Shown: in pieces, positions 60,053 to 64,000 of the stretch
Layout: every line of letters starts with the position of its first letter
How positions within the stretch are numbered: position 1 is the first letter of the stretch
Source of the DNA: a phage
Length of the DNA: 64,000 bases
Assembly (NCBI GenBank): GCA_025823825.1
Contig: GCA_025823825.1_4720.1
Strand: one strand, 5' to 3'
Position numbers and translations under genes: made by a program
The notes under the pieces: model-generated
Database searches by the model: none
Seen by the model: only the letters and a program-made list of their open reading frames with translations
What the model was told of the DNA's origin: nothing

Positions 60053-62055
60053 AACGTGATTACATCCTCCGGTTTAGGTTCTTTACGCGGTAACAGCATG
60101 TAGTCGATCGGATGATCCGGCTTCATGGTTGGGATATAACTGTTCGGGTTTTGGAACGCATCCAGCTGCTCTTGGTGAGCGAACTTCATACTCAAGGAGC
60201 GCATGTTCATGTTCTTCTTGAAGGTACTGAAGTATCGTGTTGTTCCCTGTTTCGGCATGCGATAATCTTTCGTGTGCGGTGAACGAATCATGCTGGCGTA
60301 GAGAATAACATCGAGATGCGAAAGGTTCATTCGCAGACGCTGGGCACACAGACGATGCCAATAGTACAGCACGTTTGCAACTTCTTCCGGTGTTGCTTCG
60401 TCTTCCGAAAGGAATCCGGCACTGAAAGAACCTTTCCCGAATTTGAATTCACGTTCGATTTCTTTTGCGTATTCCATCATGTTTTTGTGGATTAACGGCA
60501 TCTGGAATAACGTACGTGAATTGTCCCAATGTTTCAAGTCGAAAATCACAATCCCGTCAGACGTCACTTCCCAGCTATGGCGTTTAAGATAACGGATAAA
60601 CGCTTTACTCGGTACAACAGGACGTCCACAGAAATCGAAATTGACTTTGAGCTTACGATAGCTTTCATCTTTCCTGTCGTAAATCTCCATATCGCAAAGC
60701 GTCATGTTAAACAAGCGTTGCGGTATCAGCGAACTGATTTCTTCCGCTTCGGCTACGTCGTACAACATGTTCGCAAGACCTAACTTCATCTTAATCAGCA
60801 CGTGTTTACCTTTCAGCTCACGTGCGAGTTTGATGTCGTTCATGTTCTGGCTATAGCGAAGGATATGTTGATATTCCGGTGGGATTGGTGCTGTGGATAC
60901 CGTTGACGAACCATCGTGGTGTTTGGTAGAAAGAATGTTCTGCGTCACCTGTTGCGAACAGGTACGCGCTGCGCCATCGCCGACATTATCAGTCAATGCG
61001 AAGTTATGACTTAATTCACCGTAACACGTTGTACATACCCCAGCAGGATCGGGATGATGACAATAGTTAACGGAGCGCATGCGTACCGTCGTGCCGATCA
61101 ATTCTTTCATGTGTGGTTGTATCGCTACCAACGAACCGTCATCACGAATAATGAATCGACCATGGAAGCCACGCAGGTCGGTCTCGTCGCGGATTGGCAT
61201 CGGGATGGTCTCTTTACTACCACAATCACCAGGATGGAGTCGTTGTACAACCGCTGTCGCTATCTGAAGTTCACGACCGAAATATTCAGACTTTTTAATC
61301 TGCTCTTTGTTGAACAGCAACGATTTTGCCGCAGAACGACTTTCTTTCAAGCTGTCGGGAAGAGAGATCAAACCGGCTGCGTATGACCGCATTACTGGAT
61401 CACGGAATATCTCGGAGTTAATATCGGTCAAGAATCCACGCATCCCAATACACTGCAGCACCTGTCCAATCGAAACGTGTTCGGTTCTTACCGCACGTGC
61501 GATAGGGTTTGCATGTAACGTTTTATCGGTGCTCAGTACCTTTGTCAGTTTCTTGTATGCGCTTTCGATACCTTCACGGGTGGGTTCCGCTTCGGCGATG
61601 ATTTTCTTAACTTCGGGATGTACGGTAATCTGATAAAAATCGTCCGCGCAAATCGTTGTTACGTATTCCTCCAACGCATACGTAAAGAAGTTATATACGT
61701 TGTTGAACATATCGAACAGTGCTTTCCAGAGAACCTCACGATTCTCTTGTGGGTAAGCATACATGCATTGACGATACGCTGCGCTTTGCAACGCAACCGA
61801 CGAACCAGCAGTAAACTTGCGTTTATCGACCAGGTTCTCTTTTGTCAATGGTGTCTCAGGATACATGCGATGCACAGACCAGTGCATGTAACTAAAGAAA
61901 ATGCGTCGCGCACGCAATTCATGAACGCCATCGTCCATCTCGATATATACACGGTCATTAGGCTGTGCCCACTCGAACACCTCATCAACCGGCCAATGCA
62001 TAAGCTCGCGTGCCCTCACACGACGTTTCGTGGTGGTCGTCTGTGTTATAGTCAT
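60049..62055 (-). CDS. hypothetical protein (668 aa), translationally coupled to the helicase
   Basis: Stop overlaps helicase start (ATGA); Cys/His cluster CHHPDPAGVCTTCYG; no catalytic motif recognised. Confidence 0.6.
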   Translation of the reverse strand: MTITQTTTTKRRVRARELMHWPVDEVFEWAQPNDRVYIEMDDGVHELRARRIFFSYMHWSVHRMYPETPLTKENLVDKRKFTAGSSVALQSAAYRQCMYAYPQENREVLWKALFDMFNNVYNFFTYALEEYVTTICADDFYQITVHPEVKKIIAEAEPTREGIESAYKKLTKVLSTDKTLHANPIARAVRTEHVSIGQVLQCIGMRGFLTDINSEIFRDPVMRSYAAGLISLPDSLKESRSAAKSLLFNKEQIKKSEYFGRELQIATAVVQRLHPGDCGSKETIPMPIRDETDLRGFHGRFIIRDDGSLVAIQPHMKELIGTTVRMRSVNYCHHPDPAGVCTTCYGELSHNFALTDNVGDGAARTCSQQVTQNILSTKHHDGSSTVSTAPIPPEYQHILRYSQNMNDIKLARELKGKHVLIKMKLGLANMLYDVAEAEEISSLIPQRLFNMTLCDMEIYDRKDESYRKLKVNFDFCGRPVVPSKAFIRYLKRHSWEVTSDGIVIFDLKHWDNSRTLFQMPLIHKNMMEYAKEIEREFKFGKGSFSAGFLSEDEATPEEVANVLYYWHRLCAQRLRMNLSHLDVILYASMIRSPHTKDYRMPKQGTTRYFSTFKKNMNMRSLSMKFAHQEQLDAFQNPNSYIPTMKPDHPIDYMLLPRKEPKPEDVITL

Positions 62056-62200
62056 TATTGCTTTCCGATTTAAATGGTTTTATCATACGGTTTACCAAAT
62101 CCGTTGGACTTTACTATCGTTGTGATAGCATCGGGAATCCCTTCCCTTAGGTTATGTAGGTGTTAATATATCTCCACTGCTGACCTTTATGTCGGCAGCA

Positions 62201-62686
62201 TTATCCAGCTTTCTGTTGTAAAGCGTATGGATCCATAGCGTCTGACATATCCGCAAAAACGGTGAGAATAAACCCCTTTATCTGTCTCACCTCGGTTACA
62301 CGAAGCCCTTTATCATTGCGATATACGTTTTCTTCACCGACTAACTTTGGTCGAATAACATAAACTCCATCAACAAGCGGGAATGTCGGATACGGATAAA
62401 TACCAATACGAATGATGTTTGGGTGATCGCCTAGAAGGTCACGTCCAAACTTATCGACTCGACCATAAATCGCCCCATCCGCACCTTCCACTTCAATGAG
62501 ATCATTTCGAATATCCTGAAATAGTTGCTCTAACGTGTCGGCGGGATACGCATATGCGACGCCTAACGCCGGATCCTCGACGGTTTTGACACTGAATCCG
62601 TTAAGCCAAACAATCCGTTCATCCGCCCATGTTTCTTCATATACCGTTAATCCATCGCCGTATATGTTGGCGTGTGCTATCTCCAT
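62201..62686 (-). CDS. hypothetical protein (161 aa)
   Basis: ATG preceded by AAGAGGA. Confidence 0.45.
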   Translation of the reverse strand: MEIAHANIYGDGLTVYEETWADERIVWLNGFSVKTVEDPALGVAYAYPADTLEQLFQDIRNDLIEVEGADGAIYGRVDKFGRDLLGDHPNIIRIGIYPYPTFPLVDGVYVIRPKLVGEENVYRNDKGLRVTEVRQIKGFILTVFADMSDAMDPYALQQKAG

Positions 62687-62800
62687 AATCTCATTTCCTC
62701 TTATACGTTAGGATAGATGACATGTTGGATATACGTTGCCTTTGCATATATTGCTTTATTTCCGTCAGAAATAACGGAAAATAAAAACAACGACATAGTT

Positions 62801-62830
62801 CCCTCCCACCTCCACATGGGAGAGGGAGGG
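62801..62830 (-). terminator. intrinsic terminator-like stem-loop (CCCTCCC...GGGAGGG)
   Basis: GC-rich hairpin followed on the minus strand by a T-rich tract, downstream of 62844..63206. Confidence 0.5.
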
Positions 62831-62843
62831 CTATTCGTGTTTA

Positions 62844-63206
62844 TTACTCTATGCTGTCTTCTTCAGCACAATCCTCTTCTGAACCGTCGAACGTTTTCTG
62901 CACTGCAGTGGTATCCCAGTTGGCAGCGTAATCAGCCATCGCTTCGCGCAGTGCTTCTTCACCAGCATCACCGGCCAGGTCAAGCACAACCAAACCTTGC
63001 GCGACGTTTTGAGCGACAGTATCAATAACGGTCGCATCTTCTTCAAAACTACGTACCGGTTCAATGGTGCCTACATCAACAGCATAGTTCGTGGTCGCTG
63101 TAAGCACGGCGACTTGTAGCGCGTCGCTATCTTCATCATGCAATGCTGCTTCAATACCGATTGGACGGGCCAGTTCTTGCAGTGTTAATTTGCGAATTAA
63201 GTTCAT
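62844..63206 (-). CDS. small highly acidic protein (120 aa)
   Basis: Asp/Glu-rich throughout (...DEDSDALQ...GDAGEEALREAMAD...GSEEDCAEEDSIE); paralogue of 63697..63975. Confidence 0.45.
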   Translation of the reverse strand: MNLIRKLTLQELARPIGIEAALHDEDSDALQVAVLTATTNYAVDVGTIEPVRSFEEDATVIDTVAQNVAQGLVVLDLAGDAGEEALREAMADYAANWDTTAVQKTFDGSEEDCAEEDSIE

Positions 63207-63227
63207 TATATTTTCCTCAGGTGAATG

Positions 63228-63578
63228 TTAGCAATCGTTTAAAACTTTTTCGATACGATGGTTGACGAATTCATTGAACGACTCTTCGGCTTGTTCGATA
63301 ATTTCATCAACGTCGATATCTAATTGTTGGGGTTGGATAACATGCTCTTTCATGGTTTCTAGCCAGTATTCGGCTTTAACCATAACGTTAGCGACATGTT
63401 CGACCTGACTGCGTATGTCGACGATCTGGCAGTCAGGATTGTTAATATCGATGATGTGTCCGTGGTGGTTGATAAAACCTAGCTTATTTGATGCCCTTAC
63501 CGCATCGCGGGTAAGTTCTTGCAAGATTAAATTATTGACGTAGTTCACTGCTACGGAACGATTTTCGTTATCACTCAT
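63228..63578 (-). CDS. small acidic protein (~117 aa)
   Basis: Start set at ATG 63578 (MSDNENRSV...). Confidence 0.4.
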   Translation of the reverse strand: MSDNENRSVAVNYVNNLILQELTRDAVRASNKLGFINHHGHIIDINNPDCQIVDIRSQVEHVANVMVKAEYWLETMKEHVIQPQQLDIDVDEIIEQAEESFNEFVNHRIEKVLNDC

Positions 63579-63696
63579 ACCAGGGATCCTCTTTAAGTCT
63601 TCACATTCTAGTGTTAAGCAGTTAAAATAAACCGTTCCTTTAATCAGCATAAACATCCTCCTCCCACCACATGGGCAGGAGGAGGCGTAATATGCA

Positions 63697-63975
63697 TCAG
63701 AAAGGAGGACGATCTTTAAATTCTAACAACGTGTCTTCGAAGCAAGCGATGAGTTCAGACTGCAATTCGGTACGGCCTTGTTCACCGAAGAGTTCCAGCA
63801 ACATTAACCCCCGAGCGGTCTTCGTAGCAACCTCTTCGCAGATGCGGAGATCGTGAACTTCATCATCGTTGACATCTTTACGCAACTGTGCCGCAATGGG
63901 CTTAAGATTGCCGTTTTCATCGTGTTCGTCACGAAATGCATCATAAGCCGCATCGATGTTCGCGATCCGTGTCAA
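63697..63975 (-). CDS. small acidic protein (92 aa), paralogue of 62844..63206
   Basis: TARGLMLLELFGEQGRTELQSELIA aligns with VAQGLVVLDLAGDAGEEALREAMAD. Confidence 0.45.
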   Translation of the reverse strand: MTRIANIDAAYDAFRDEHDENGNLKPIAAQLRKDVNDDEVHDLRICEEVATKTARGLMLLELFGEQGRTELQSELIACFEDTLLEFKDRPPF

Positions 63976-64000
63976 TCCTTCAGAATCCCGCCAGTCTCGA

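Noticed and set aside
58478-62055. Terminase large subunit (ATPase plus nuclease) as identity of 58478..60052 or 60049..62055
   Set aside because: 58478..60052 has SF2 helicase motifs including a motif VI-like QVLGRLRQ and no obvious nuclease motif; 60049..62055 lacks a Walker A motif. I found no confident terminase, portal or major capsid gene in this window.

Overview
This 64-kb window reads as part of a large, gene-dense tailed dsDNA bacteriophage genome of virulent type: I saw no integrase, recombinase, tRNA, rRNA, CRISPR array or host housekeeping gene. It holds about 90 ORFs, almost all on the minus strand, with two plus-strand islands (2789-5877 and 53471-57102) and many GC-rich stem-loops between genes. 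Products I recognise with reasonable confidence are an NAD-dependent DNA ligase, thymidylate synthase, a Dam-type N6-adenine methyltransferase, a GNAT acetyltransferase, a calcineurin-like phosphoesterase, an HD-domain hydrolase, an SNF2-like helicase, a second SF2 helicase, a P2 gpH-like long tail fibre with internal tandem repeats, a free-standing S74-type fibre chaperone domain and a SleB-like cell-wall hydrolase. Less certain calls are a macro-like domain protein, a DnaQ-like exonuclease domain, a second SAM methyltransferase, a lipoprotein and holin-like membrane proteins; most remaining ORFs are small proteins of unknown function. The strongest hunt results are: (1) a tandem array of six diverged paralogues, each with two Myb/SANT-like HTH repeats; (2) three gene-junction anomalies (a T8 slippery site joining a 561-aa ORF to a downstream frame, an A7 tract separating the tail fibre from its chaperone domain, and an in-frame TAA between an adaptor module and the fibre); (3) the only two C/G homopolymers of 10 nt or more, which share identical flanks, one inside dam; (4) four fibre-like proteins sharing an N-terminal module, two ending in BspA-like repeats; (5) several small paralogous families, including very acidic proteins. 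I could not single out one defined novel system; the Myb-like array is my best candidate. All calls are from motif recognition by eye on the supplied translations; no database search or structure prediction was run.
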